Part shown: one piece after another, positions 52,601-64,000 of the stretch | How positions within the stretch are numbered: the stretch's first letter is position 1 | Layout of the letters: each line of letters opens with the position of its first letter | DNA from: the human T2T-CHM13v2.0 reference genome, Homo sapiens | Reading direction: 5' to 3' (one strand) | NCBI RefSeq assembly: GCF_009914755.1 | Contig: NC_060939.1 | DNA: 64,000 bases | Position numbers and translations under genes: made by a program | Notes under the pieces: generated by a model | Database searches by the model: none | The model's input: the letters and a program-made list of their open reading frames with translations, nothing else | What the model was told of the DNA's origin: nothing

Positions 52601-53351
52601 TGTAATCCCGTTTCCAACGAAATCCTCAGAACCATCGAAATTTCCAATTGCAGATTCCACAGAAACAGGGTTTCAAAGCTGCTCTGTTAAAAGAAAGGTT
52701 CAACTCTGTTAGTTGAATACACACGTCACAAACAAGTTTCTGAGAATGCTTCTGTCTAGTTTTTATGGGAAGATATTTCCTTTTTCACGGTAGGCCTCAA
52801 AGCGCTCCAAATGTCCACTTCCACATACTACAAAAAGAGTGTTTCAAACCTGCTCTATGATAGGGAATGTTGAAACCTATGAGTTGAATGCAAGCATTAC
52901 AAAGAGGTTTCTGAGAATGCTTCTGTCTAGATTTTATATGTAGATATTCCCGTTTCCAACGAAATCCTCAAAGCAATCCAAATATCAACTTGCAGATTCT
53001 GCAAAAGGAATGTTTCCAAAATGCTGTATCCAAACAAAGGTTCAACTCTGTGAATTGAGGGCATACATCACAAAGAAGATTCTGAGAATGCTTCTGTCTA
53101 GATTTTATATGAAAATATTCCCGTTTCCAACGAAATCCTCAAAGCTATCCAAATATCCACTTGCAAATGCCACAAAAAGAGTGTTTCCAAACTGCTCTGT
53201 GAAAAGGAAGGTTCAACTCTGTTAGTTGAGTACACACATCACAAAGAGGTTTCTGAGAATGCTGCTGACTAGTTTTTATTTGAAGATATTTCCCTTTTCA
53301 CCTTAGGCCTAAGAGTGCTCGAAATGTCCATTTCCACATACTCCACAAAGT

Positions 53352-55228
53352 GTGTTTCAAACGTGCTGTATGAAAGGGAATGTTCAACTCTATGAGTTGA
53401 ATGCAAACATCACAAAGAAGATTCTGAGAATGCTTTTGTCTAGATTTTATATGAAGATATTCCCGTGTCCAACGAAATTTTCAAAGGTCTCCAAATATCC
53501 ATTTGTAGATTCTACAAAAAGAGTGTTTCCAAACTGCTGTATCAAAACAAAGGTTGAACTCTGTGAGTTGAGGACACACATCACAAATAAGTTTCTGAGA
53601 ATGCTTCTGTCTAGTTTTTATTTGAAGATGTTTCCTTTTTCACCATAGGCCTGAAAGCGCTCGAAATGTCCACTTCCAGATAGTACAGAAAGAGTGTTTC
53701 AAACCTGCTCTATGAACGGGAATGTTCAGCTCTGTGAGTTGAATGCAAACATCACAAAGCAGGTTCTGAGAATGCTTCCGTCTAGATTTTAAATGAGGAT
53801 ATTCCCGTTTCCAACGAAATCCTCGAAGCTATCCAAATATCCACTTGCAGATTCCACAAAAAGAGTGTTTCAAAACTGCTCTGTCAAAAGATAGGTTCAA
53901 CTCTGTTAGTTGAGTACACACATGGCAAACAAGATTCCGAGAATGCTTTCGTCTAGTTTTTTTGGGAAGATATTTCCTTCTTCACCATAGGCCTCAAAGC
54001 GCTCCAAATATCCATTTCCACATGCTATACAAAGAGTGTCTCAAACCTGCTGTATGAATGGGAATGTTCAACTCTATGAGTTGAATGCAAACATCACAAA
54101 GAAGTTTCTGAGAATGCTGCTGTCTAGATTTTATATGAAGGTTTTCCCGTTTCCAACGAAATTTTCAATGCTCTCAAAATATCCACTTGTAGATTCTACA
54201 AAAAGAGTGTTTCCAAACTGCTGTGTCAAAAGAAAAGTTCAACTCTGTTAGTTGAGGACACACATCACAAATAAGTTTCTGAGAATGCTTCTGTCTAGTT
54301 CTTATTTGAAGACATTTCCTTTCTCACCTTAGGCCTGAAAACGCTCGAAATATCCACTTCCAGATACGACAGAAACAGTGATTCAAACCTGCTCTATGAA
54401 AGGGAATGTTCAACTAGGTGACTTGAATGCAAACATCACAAAGCAGTTTCTGAGAATGCTGCTGTCTACTTTCTATTTGTAATCCCGTTTCCAACGAAAT
54501 CCTCAGAACCATCGAAATTTCCAATTGCAGATTCCACAGAAACAGGGTTTCAAAGCTGCTCTGTTAAAAGAAAGGTTCAACTCTGTTAGTTGAATACACA
54601 CGTCACAAACAAGTTTCTGAGAATGCTTCTGTCTAGTTTTTATGGGAAGATATTTCCTTTTTCACGGTAGGCCTCAAAGCGCTCCAAATGTCCACTTCCA
54701 CATACTACAAAAAGAGTGTTTCAAACCTGCTCTATGATAGGGAATGTTGAAACCTATGAGTTGAATGCAAGCATTACAAAGAGGTTTCTGAGAATGCTTC
54801 TGTCTAGATTTTATATGTAGATATTCCCGTTTCCAACGAAATCCTCAAAGCTATCCAAATATCAACTTGCAGATTCTGCAAAAGGAATGTTTCCAAAATG
54901 CTGTATCCAAACAAAGGTTCAACTCTGTGAATTGAGGGCATACATCACAAAGAAGATTCTGAGAATGCTTCTGTCTAGATTTTATATGAAAATATTCCCG
55001 TTTCCAACGAAATCCTCAAAGCTATCCAAATATCCACTTGCAAATGCCACAAAAAGAGTGTTTCCAAACTGCTCTGTGAAAAGGAAGGTTCAACTCTGTT
55101 AGTTGAGTACACACATCACAAAGAGGTTTCTGAGAATGCTGCTGACTAGTTTTTATTTGAAGATATTTCCCTTTTCACCTTAGGCCTAAGAGTGCTCGAA
55201 ATGTCCATTTCCACATACTCCACAAAGT
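53352..55228 (-). repeat. 11-mer HOR variant (1877 bp) with hybrid monomer, junction 54120-54149
   Basis: Marker spacing is 1877. The sequence switches from first-block alleles (gtctcaaa, gaatggg, atgctgctg) to second-block alleles (cccgtttcc, atccacttg, tgtgtcaaaaga). Confidence 0.95.
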
Positions 55229-58200
55229 GTGTTTCAAACGTGCTGTATGAAAGGGAATGTTCAACTCTATGAGTTGAATGCAAACATCACAAAGAAGACT
55301 CTGAGAATGCTTTTGTCTAGATTTTATATGAAGATATTCCCGTGTCCAACGAAATTTTCAAAGGTCTCCAAATATCCATTTGTAGATTCTACAAAAAGAG
55401 TGTTTCCAAACTGCTGTATCAAAACAAAGGTTGAACTCTGTGAGTTGAGGACACACATCACAAATAAGTTTCTGAGAATGCTTCTGTCTAGTTTTTATTT
55501 GAAGATGTTTCCTTTTTCACCATAGGCCTGAAAGCGCTCGAAATGTCCACTTCCAGATAGTACAGAAAGAGTGTTTCAAACCTGCTCTATGAACGGGAAT
55601 GTTCAGCTCTGTGAGTTGAATGCAAACATCACAAAGCAGGTTCTGAGAATGCTTCCGTCTAGATTTTAAATGAGGATATTCCCGTTTCCAACGAAATCCT
55701 CGAAGCTATCCAAATATCCACTTGCAGATTCCACAAAAAGAGTGTTTCAAAACTGCTCTGTCAAAAGATAGGTTCAACTCTGTTAGTTGAGTACACACAT
55801 GGCAAACAAGATTCCGAGAATGCTTTCGTCTAGTTTTTTTGGGAAGATATTTCCTTCTTCACCATAGGCCTCAAAGCGCTCCAAATATCCATTTCCACAT
55901 GCTATACAAAGAGTGTCTCAAACCTGCTGTATGAATGGGAATGTTCAACTCTATGAGTTGAATGCAAACATCACAAAGAAGTTTCTGAGAATGCTGCTGT
56001 CTAGATTTTATATGAAGGTTTTCCCGCTTCCAACGAAATTTTCAATGCTCTCAAAATATCCTCTTGTAGATTCTACAAAAAGAGTGTTTCCAAACTGCTG
56101 TATCAAAACAAAGGTTCATCTCTGTTAGTTGAGGACACACATCACAAATAAGTTTCTGAGAATGCTTCTGTCTAGTTCTTATTTGAAGACATTTCCTTTC
56201 TCACCTTAGGCCTGAAAACGCTCGAAATATCCACTTCCAGATACGACAGAAACTGTGATTCAAACCTGCTCTATGAAAGGGAATGTTCAACTAGGTGACT
56301 TGAATGCAAACATCACAAAGCAGTTTCTGAGAATGCTGCTGTCTACTTTGTATTTGTAATCCCGTTTCCAACGAAATCCTCAGAACTATCGAAATTTCCA
56401 ATTGCAGATTCCACAAAAAGCGTGTTTCAAAGCTGCTCTGTAAAAAGAAAGGTTCAACTCTGTTAGTTGAATACACACGTCACAAACAAGTTTCTGAGAT
56501 TGCTTCTGTCTAGTTTTTATGGGAAGATATTTCCTTTTTCACCGTAGGCCTCAAAGCGCTCCAAATGTCCACTTCCACATACTACAAAAAGAGTGTTTCA
56601 AACCTGCTGTATGAAAGGGAATGTTCAACTCTATGAGTTGAATGCAAACATTACAAAGAAGTTTCTGAGAATGCTTCTGTCTAGATTTTATATGAAGGTT
56701 TTCCCGTTTCCAACGAAATTTTCAATGCTCTCAAAATATCCACTTGTAGATTCTACAAAAAGAGTGTTTCCAAACTGCTGTGTCAAAAGAAAGGTTCAAT
56801 TCTGTTAGTTGAGGACACACATCACAAATAAGTTTCTGAGAATGCTTCTGTCTAGTTCTTATTTGAAGACATTTCCTTTCTCACCTTAGGCCTGAAAACG
56901 CTCGAAATATCCACTTCCAGATACGACAGAAACAGTGATTCAAACCTGCTTTATGAAAGGGAATGTTCAACTAGGTGACTTGAATGCAAACATCAGAAAG
57001 CAGTTTCTGAGAATGCTGCTGTCTACTTTCTATTTGTAATCCCGTTTCCAACGAAATCCTCAGAACTATCGAAATTTCCAATTGCAGATTCCACAAAAAG
57101 CGTGTTTCAAAGCTGCTCTGTAAAAAGAAAGGTTCAACTCTGTTAGTTGAATACACACGTCACAAACAAGTTTCTGAGAATGCTTCTGTCTAGTTTTTAT
57201 GGGAAGATATTTCCTTTTTCACCGTAGGCCTCAAAGCCCTCCAAATGTCCACTTCCACATACTACAAAAAGAGTGTTTCAAACCTGCTCTATGATAGGGA
57301 ATGTTGAAACCTATGAGTTGAATGCAAGCATTACAAAGAGGTTTCTGAGAATGCTTCTGTCTAGATTTTATATGTAGATATTCCCGTTTCCAACGAAATC
57401 CTCAAAGCTATCCAAATATCAACTTGCAGATTCTGCAAAAGGAATGTTTCCAAAATGCTGTATCCAAACAAAGGTTCAACTCTGTGAATTGAGGGCATAC
57501 ATCACAAAGAAGATTCTGAGAATGCTTCTGTCTAGATTTTATATGAAAATATTCCCGTTTCCAACGAAATCCTCAAAGCTATCCAAATATCCACTTGCAA
57601 ATGCCACAAAAAGAGTGTTTCCAAACTGCTCTGTGAAAAGGAAGGTTCAACTCTGTTAGTTGAGTACACACATCACAAAGAGGTTTCTGAGAATGCTGCT
57701 GACTAGTTTTTATTTGAAGATATTTCCCTTTTCACCTTAGGCCTAAGAGTGCTCGAAATGTCCATTTCCACATACTCCACAAAGTGTGTTTCAAACGTGC
57801 TGTATGAAAGGGAATGTTCAACTCTATGAGTTGAATGCAAACATCACAAAGAAGATTCTGAGAATGCTTTTGTCTAGATTTTATATGAAGATATTCCCGT
57901 GTCCAACGAAATTTTCAAAGGTCTCCAAATATCCATTTGTAGATTCTACAAAAAGAGTGTTTCCAAACTGCTGTATCAAAACAAAGGTTGAACTCTGTGA
58001 GTTGAGGACACACATCACAAATAAGTTTCTGAGAATGCTTCTGTCTAGTTTTTATTTGAAGATGTTTCCTTTTTCACCATAGGCCTGAAAGCGCTCGAAA
58101 TGTCCACTTCCAGATAGTACAGAAAGAGTGTTTCAAACCTGCTCTATGAACGGGAATGTTCAGCTCTGTGAGTTGAATGCAAACATCACAAAGCAGGTTC

Positions 58201-61200
58201 TGAGAATGCTTCCGTCTAGATTTTAAATGAGGATATTCCCGTTTCCAACGAAATCCTCGAAGCTATCCAAATATCCACTTGCAGATTCCACAAAAAGAGT
58301 GTTTCAAAACTGCTCTGTCAAAAGATAGGTTCAACTCTGTTAGTTGAGTACACACATGGCAAACAAGATTGCGAGAATGCTTTCGTCTAGTTTTTTTGGG
58401 AAGATATTTCCTTCTTCACCATAGGCCTCAAAGCGCTCCAAATATCCATTTCCACATGCTATACAAAGAGTGTCTCAAACCTGCTGTATGAATGGGAATG
58501 TTCAACTCTATGAGTTGAATGCAAACATCACAAAGAAGTTTCTGAGAATGCTGCTGTCTAGATTTTATATGAAGGTTTTCCCGCTTCCAACGAAATTTTC
58601 AATGCTCTCAAAATATCCTCTTGTAGATTCTACAAAAAGAGTGTTTCCAAACTGCTGTATCAAAACAAAGGTTCATCTCTGTTAGTTGAGGACACACATC
58701 ACAAATAAGTTTCTGAGAATGCTTCTGTCTAGTTCTTATTTGAAGACATTTCCTTTCTCACCTTAGGCCTGAAAACGCTCGAAATATCCACTTCCAGATA
58801 CGACAGAAACTGTGATTCAAACCTGCTCTATGAAAGGGAATGTTCAACTAGGTGACTTGAATGCAAACATCACAAAGCAGTTTCTGAGAATGCTGCTGTC
58901 TACTTTGTATTTGTAATCCCGTTTCCAACGAAATCCTCAGAACTATCGAAATTTCCAATTGCAGATTCCACAAAAAGCGTGTTTCAAAGCTGCTCTGTAA
59001 AAAGAAAGGTTCAACTCTGTTAGTTGAATACACACGTCACAAACAAGTTTCTGAGATTGCTTCTGTCTAGTTTTTATGGGAAGATATTTCCTTTTTCACC
59101 GTAGGCCTCAAAGCGCTCCAAATGTCCACTTCCACATACTACAAAAAGAGTGTTTCAAACCTGCTGTATGAAAGGGAATGTTCAACTCTATGAGTTGAAT
59201 GCAAACATTACAAAGAAGTTTCTGAGAATGCTTCTGTCTAGATTTTATATGAAGGTTTTCCCGTTTCCAACGAAATTTTCAATGCTCTCAAAATATCCAC
59301 TTGTAGATTCTACAAAAAGAGTGTTTCCAAACTGCTGTGTCAAAAGAAAGGTTCAACTCTGTTAGTTGAGGACACACATCACAAATAAGTTTCTGAGAAT
59401 GCTTCTGTCTAGTTCTTATTTGAAGACATTTCCTTTCTCACCTTAGGCCTGAAAACGCTCGAAATATCCACTTCCAGATACGACAGAAACAGTGATTCAA
59501 ACCTGCTCTATGAAAGGGAATGTTCAACTAGGTGACTTGAATGCAAACATCACAAAGCAGTTTCTGAGAATGCTGCTGTCTACTTTCTATTTGTAATCCC
59601 GTTTCCAACGAAATCCTCAGAACTATCGAAATTTCCAATTGCAGATTCCACAAAAAGCGTGTTTCAAAGCTGCTCTGTAAAAAGAAAGGTTCAACTCTGT
59701 TAGTTGAATACACACGTCACAAACAAGTTTCTGAGAATGCTTCTGTCTAGTTTTTATGGGAAGATATTTCCTTTTTCACCGTAGGCCTCAAAGCGCTCCA
59801 AATGTCCACTTCCACATACTACAAAAAGAGTGTTTCAAACCTGCTCTATGATAGGGAATGTTGAAACCTATGAGTTGAATGCAAGCATTACAAAGAGGTT
59901 TCTGAGAATGCTTCTGTCTAGATTTTATATGTAGATATTCCCGTTTCCAACGAAATCCTCAAAGCTATCCAAATATCAACTTGCAGATTCTACAAAAGGA
60001 ATGTTTCCAAAATGCTGTATCCAAACAAAGGTTCAACTCTGTGAATTGAGGGCATACATCACAAAGAAGATTCTGAGAATGCTTCTGTCTAGATTTTATA
60101 TGAAAATATTCCCGTTTCCAACGAAATCCTCAAAGCTATCCAAATATCCACTTGCAAATGCCACAAAAAGAGTGTTTCCAAACTGCTCTGTGAAAAGGAA
60201 GGTTCAACTCTGTTAGTTGAGTACACACATCACAAAGAGGTTTCTGAGAATGCTGCTGACTAGTTTTTATTTGAAGATATTTCCCTTTTCACCTTAGGCC
60301 TAAGAGTGCTCGAAATGTCCATTTCCACATACTCCACAAAGTGTGTTTCAAACGTGCTGTATGAAAGGGAATGTTCAACTCTATGAGTTGAATGCAAACA
60401 TCACAAAGAAGATTCTGAGAATGCTTTTGTCTAGATTTTATATGAAGATATTCCCGTGTCCAACGAAATTTTCAAAGGTCTCCAAATATCCATTTGTAGA
60501 TTCTACAAAAAGAGTGTTTCCAAACTGCTGTATCAAAACAAAGGTTGAACTCTGTGAGTTGAGGACACACATCACAAATAAGTTTCTGAGAATGCTTCTG
60601 TCTAGTTTTTATTTGAAGATGTTTCCTTTTTCACCATAGGCCTGAAAGCGCTCGAAATGTCCACTTCCAGATAGTACAGAAAGAGTGTTTCAAACCTGCT
60701 CTATGAACGGGAATGTTCAGCTCTGTGAGTTGAATGCAAACATCACAAAGCAGGTTCTGAGAATGCTTCCGTCTAGATTTCAAATGAGGATATTCCCGTT
60801 TCCAACGAAATCCTCGAAGCTATCCAAATATCCACTTGCAGATTCCACAAAAAGAGTGTTTCAAAACTGCTCTGTCAAAAGATAGGTTCAACTCTGTTAG
60901 TTGAGTACACACATGGCAAACAAGATTGCGAGAATGCTTTCGTCTAGTTTTTTTGGGAAGATATTTCCTTCTTCACCATAGGCCTCAAAGCGCTCCAAAT
61001 ATCCATTTCCACATGCTATACAAAGAGTGTCTCAAACCTGCTGTATGAATGGGAATGTTCAACTCTATGAGTTGAATGCAAACATCACAAAGAAGTTTCT
61101 GAGAATGCTGCTGTCTAGATTTTATATGAAGGTTTTCCCGCTTCCAACGAAATTTTCAATGCTCTCAAAATATCCTCTTGTAGATTCTACAAAAAGAGTG

Positions 61201-63350
61201 TTTCCAAACTGCTGTATCAAAACAAAGGTTCATCTCTGTTAGTTGAGGACACACATCACAAATAAGTTTCTGAGAATGCTTCTGTCTAGTTCTTATTTGA
61301 AGACATTTCCTTTCTCACCTTAGGCCTGAAAACGCTCGAAATATCCACTTCCAGATACGACAGAAACTGTGATTCAAACCTGCTCTATGAAAGGGAATGT
61401 TCAACTAGGTGACTTGAATGCAAACATCACAAAGCAGTTTCTGAGAATGCTGCTGTCTACTTTCTATTTGTAATCCCGTTTCCAACGAAATCCTCAGAAC
61501 TATCGAAATTTCCAATTGCAGATTCCACAAAAAGCGTGTTTCAAAGCTGCTCTGTAAAAAGAAAGGTTCAACTCTGTTAGTTGAATACACACGTCACAAA
61601 CAAGTTTCTGAGAATGCTTCTGTCTAGTTTTTATGGGAAGATATTTCCTTTTTCACCGTAGGCCTCAAAGCGCTCCAAATGTCCACTTCCACATACTACA
61701 AAAAGAGTGTTTCAAACCTGCTGTATGAAAGGGAATGTTCAACTCTATGAGTTGAATGCAAACATTACAAAGAAGTTTCTGAGAATGCTTCTGTCTAGAT
61801 TTTATATGAAGGTTTTCCCGTTTCCAACGAAATTTTCAATGCTCTCAAAATATCCACTTGTAGATTCTACAAAAAGAGTGTTTCCAAACTGCTGTGTCAA
61901 AAGAAAGGTTCAACTCTGTTAGTTGAGGACACACATCACAAATAAGTTTCTGAGAATGCTTCTGTCTAGTTCTTATTTGAAGACATTTCCTTTCTCACCT
62001 TAGGCCTGAAAACGCTCGAAATATCCACTTCCAGATACGACAGAAACAGTGATTCAAACCTGCTCTATGAAAGGGAATGTTCAACTAGGTGACTTGAATG
62101 CAAACATCACAAAGCAGTTTCTGAGAATGCTGCTGTCTACTTTCTATTTGTAATCCCGTTTCCAACGAAATCCTCAGAACTATCGAAATTTCCAATTGCA
62201 GATTCCACAAAAAGCGTGTTTCAAAGCTGCTCTGTAAAAAGAAAGGTTCAACTCTGTTAGTTGAATACACACGTCACAAACAAGTTTCTGAGAATGCTTC
62301 TGTCTAGTTTTTATGGGAAGATATTTCCTTTTTCACCGTAGGCCTCAAAGCGCTCCAAATGTCCACTTCCACATACTACAAAAAGAGTGTTTCAAACCTG
62401 CTCTATGATAGGGAATGTTGAAACCTATGAGTTGAATGCAAGCATTACAAAGAGGTTTCTGAGAATGCTTCTGTCTAGATTTTATATGTAGATATTCCCG
62501 TTTCCAACGAAATCCTCAAAGCTATCCAAATATCAACTTGCAGATTCTACAAAAGGAATGTTTCCAAAATGCTGTATCCAAACAAAGGTTCAACTCTGTG
62601 AATTGAGGGCATACATCACAAAGAAGATTCTGAGAATGCTTCTGTCTAGATTTTATATGAAAATATTCCCGTTTCCAACGAAATCCTCAAAGCTATCCAA
62701 ATATCCACTTGCAAATGCCACAAAAAGAGTGTTTCCAAACTGCTCTGTGAAAAGGAAGGTTCAACTCTGTTAGTTGAGTACACACATCACAAAGAGGTTT
62801 CTGAGAATGCTGCTGACTAGTTTTTATTTGAAGATATTTCCCTTTTCACCTTAGGCCTAAGAGTGCTCGAAATGTCCATTTCCACATACTCCACAAAGTG
62901 TGTTTCAAACGTGCTGTATGAAAGGGAATGTTCAACTCTATGAGTTGAATGCAAACATCACAAAGAAGATTCTGAGAATGCTTTTGTCTAGATTTTATAT
63001 GAAGATATTCCCGTGTCCAACGAAATTTTCAAAGGTCTCCAAATATCCATTTGTAGATTCTACAAAAAGAGTGTTTCCAAACTGCTGTATCAAAACAAAG
63101 GTTGAACTCTGTGAGTTGAGGACACACATCACAAATAAGTTTCTGAGAATGCTTCTGTCTAGTTTTTATTTGAAGATGTTTCCTTTTTCACCATAGGCCT
63201 GAAAGCGCTCGAAATGTCCACTTCCAGATAGTACAGAAAGAGTGTTTCAAACCTGCTCTATGAACGGGAATGTTCAGCTCTGTGAGTTGAATGCAAACAT
63301 CAGAAAGCAGGTTCTGAGAATGCTTCCGTCTAGATTTTAAATGAGGATAT

Positions 63351-63367
63351 TCCCGTTTCCAATGAAA
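63351..63367 (-). other. Degenerate CENP-B box (core CpG mutated)
   Basis: tcccgtttccaatgaaa: C>T at 63363 changes the essential TTCG to TTCA on the minus strand. Confidence 0.9.
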
Positions 63368-64000
63368 TCCTCGAAGCTATCCAAATATCCACTTGCAGAT
63401 TCCACAAAAAGAGTGTTTCAAAACTGCTCTGTCAAAAGATAGGTTCAACTCTGTTAGTTGAGTACACACATGGCAAACAAGATTGCGAGAATGCTTTCGT
63501 CTAGTTTTTTTGGGAAGATATTTCCTTCTTCACCATAGGCCTCAAAACGCTCCAAATATCCATTTCCACATGCTATACAAAGAGTGTCTCAAACCTGCTG
63601 TATGAATGGGAATGTTCAACTCTATGAGTTGAATGCAAACATCACAAAGAAGTTTCTGAGAATGCTGCTGTCTAGATTTTATATGAAGGTTTTCCCGCTT
63701 CCAACGAAATTTTCAATGCTCTCAAAATATCCTCTTGTAGATTCTACAAAAAGAGTGTTTCCAAACTGCTGTATCAAAACAAAGGTTCATCTCTGTTAGT
63801 TGAGGACACACATCACAAATAAGTTTCTGAGAATGCTTCTGTCTAGTTCTTATTTGAAGACATTTCCTTTCTCACCTTAGGCCTGAAAGCGCTCGAAATA
63901 CCCACTTCCAGATACTACAGAAACAGTGATTCAAACCTGCTCTATGAAAGGGAATGTTCAACTAGGTGACTTGAATGCAAACATCACAAAGCAGTTTCTG

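Larger units (their letters stand above)
1..64000 (-). repeat. Alpha-satellite (alphoid) centromeric higher-order repeat array, ~375 monomers of 171/167 bp, single orientation, open at both window ends
   Basis: The motif aagtttctgagaatgc (reverse complement of the alphoid GCATTCTCAGAAACTT) and close variants recur every ~171 bp throughout. CENP-B boxes (tcccgtttccaacgaaa) alternate with A-box/pJalpha-type sites (ttcctttttcaccrtag). No non-satellite sequence seen. Confidence 0.99.
1..64000 (-). repeat. Family assignment: suprachromosomal family 2 (dimeric D1/D2) active-type HOR, best guess human chr15 D15Z3 (S2C15H1L); chr8 D8Z2 or chr9 D9Z4 are less likely alternatives
   Basis: Dimeric A/B alternation, TTTCGTTGGAAACGGGA box form, and coexisting 11-mer (1877 bp) and 15-mer (2557 bp) HORs match my recollection of D15Z3. 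Not confirmed by alignment. Confidence 0.65.

Noticed and set aside
56996-63303. catcaGaaag at 56996 and ~63303 as evidence of shared descent
   Set aside because: The two sites are in different monomer positions of the HOR (not a multiple of 2557 apart) and their flanks differ, so recurrent mutation is the simpler explanation.
183-63799. About 140 short ORFs (61-98 aa, e.g. MFQTCCMKGNVQLYELNANITKKFLRMLLSRF...) in the ORF track
   Set aside because: These are translations of alphoid monomers. 171 is divisible by 3, so frames repeat; many begin at GTG or other non-ATG codons, they recur with HOR periodicity, and single SNVs create or destroy them (absent at 8701 and 33063, new at 60685). There is no evidence of coding function.
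1-64000. CRISPR-like appearance (conserved motif separated by variable sequence at regular spacing)
   Set aside because: The intervening sequences are homologous to each other and repeat with the HOR, the period is 171 bp, and there are no unique spacers or cas genes.
1-64000. Transposon (L1/Alu) insertions, inversions or array boundary
   Set aside because: All marker spacings are explained by whole monomers plus 2-, 4- and 11-bp deletions, leaving no room for inserts. CENP-B boxes keep one orientation throughout.
1-64000. Claim that this window is the kinetochore / CENP-A (hypomethylated dip) site
   Set aside because: That location is defined epigenetically and cannot be read from sequence; it needs CENP-A mapping or methylation data.
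1-64000. A previously undescribed biological system
   Set aside because: Everything seen fits known alpha-satellite HOR biology. Any novelty is limited to the specific variants and duplication history listed.

Overview
The whole 64 kb is one uninterrupted, single-orientation array of primate (almost certainly human) centromeric alpha-satellite DNA. Monomers are 171 bp, with one 167-bp monomer type, and the conventional consensus lies on the minus strand. The dominant higher-order repeat (HOR) is a 15-mer of 2557 bp (13x171 + 2x167), which is an 11-mer (1877 bp) plus an internal near-identical 680-bp 4-monomer duplication. Between 26 copies of a once-per-HOR marker (1376 to 62900) there are 21 15-mers, two 12-mers (2048 bp) and two 11-mers (1873 and 1877 bp). 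Each 15-mer has 8 CENP-B boxes. High homogeneity, dense CENP-B boxes and dimeric A/B organisation indicate an active-type SF2 HOR array; an 11/15-mer of these sizes best fits chr15 D15Z3, but that assignment is recalled, not verified. I see no genes, RNA genes, transposons, inversions or CRISPR, and the ORFs are repeat artefacts. I did not find a new biological system. The informative signal is the array's recombination history: a >=13 kb block duplicated at a ~24.37 kb offset, a nested 5112-bp two-HOR period, hybrid-monomer structural variants with mappable breakpoints, mosaic exchange between the internal 680-bp copies, and one CpG-decayed CENP-B box. All variant calls were made by eye, so some will have been missed.
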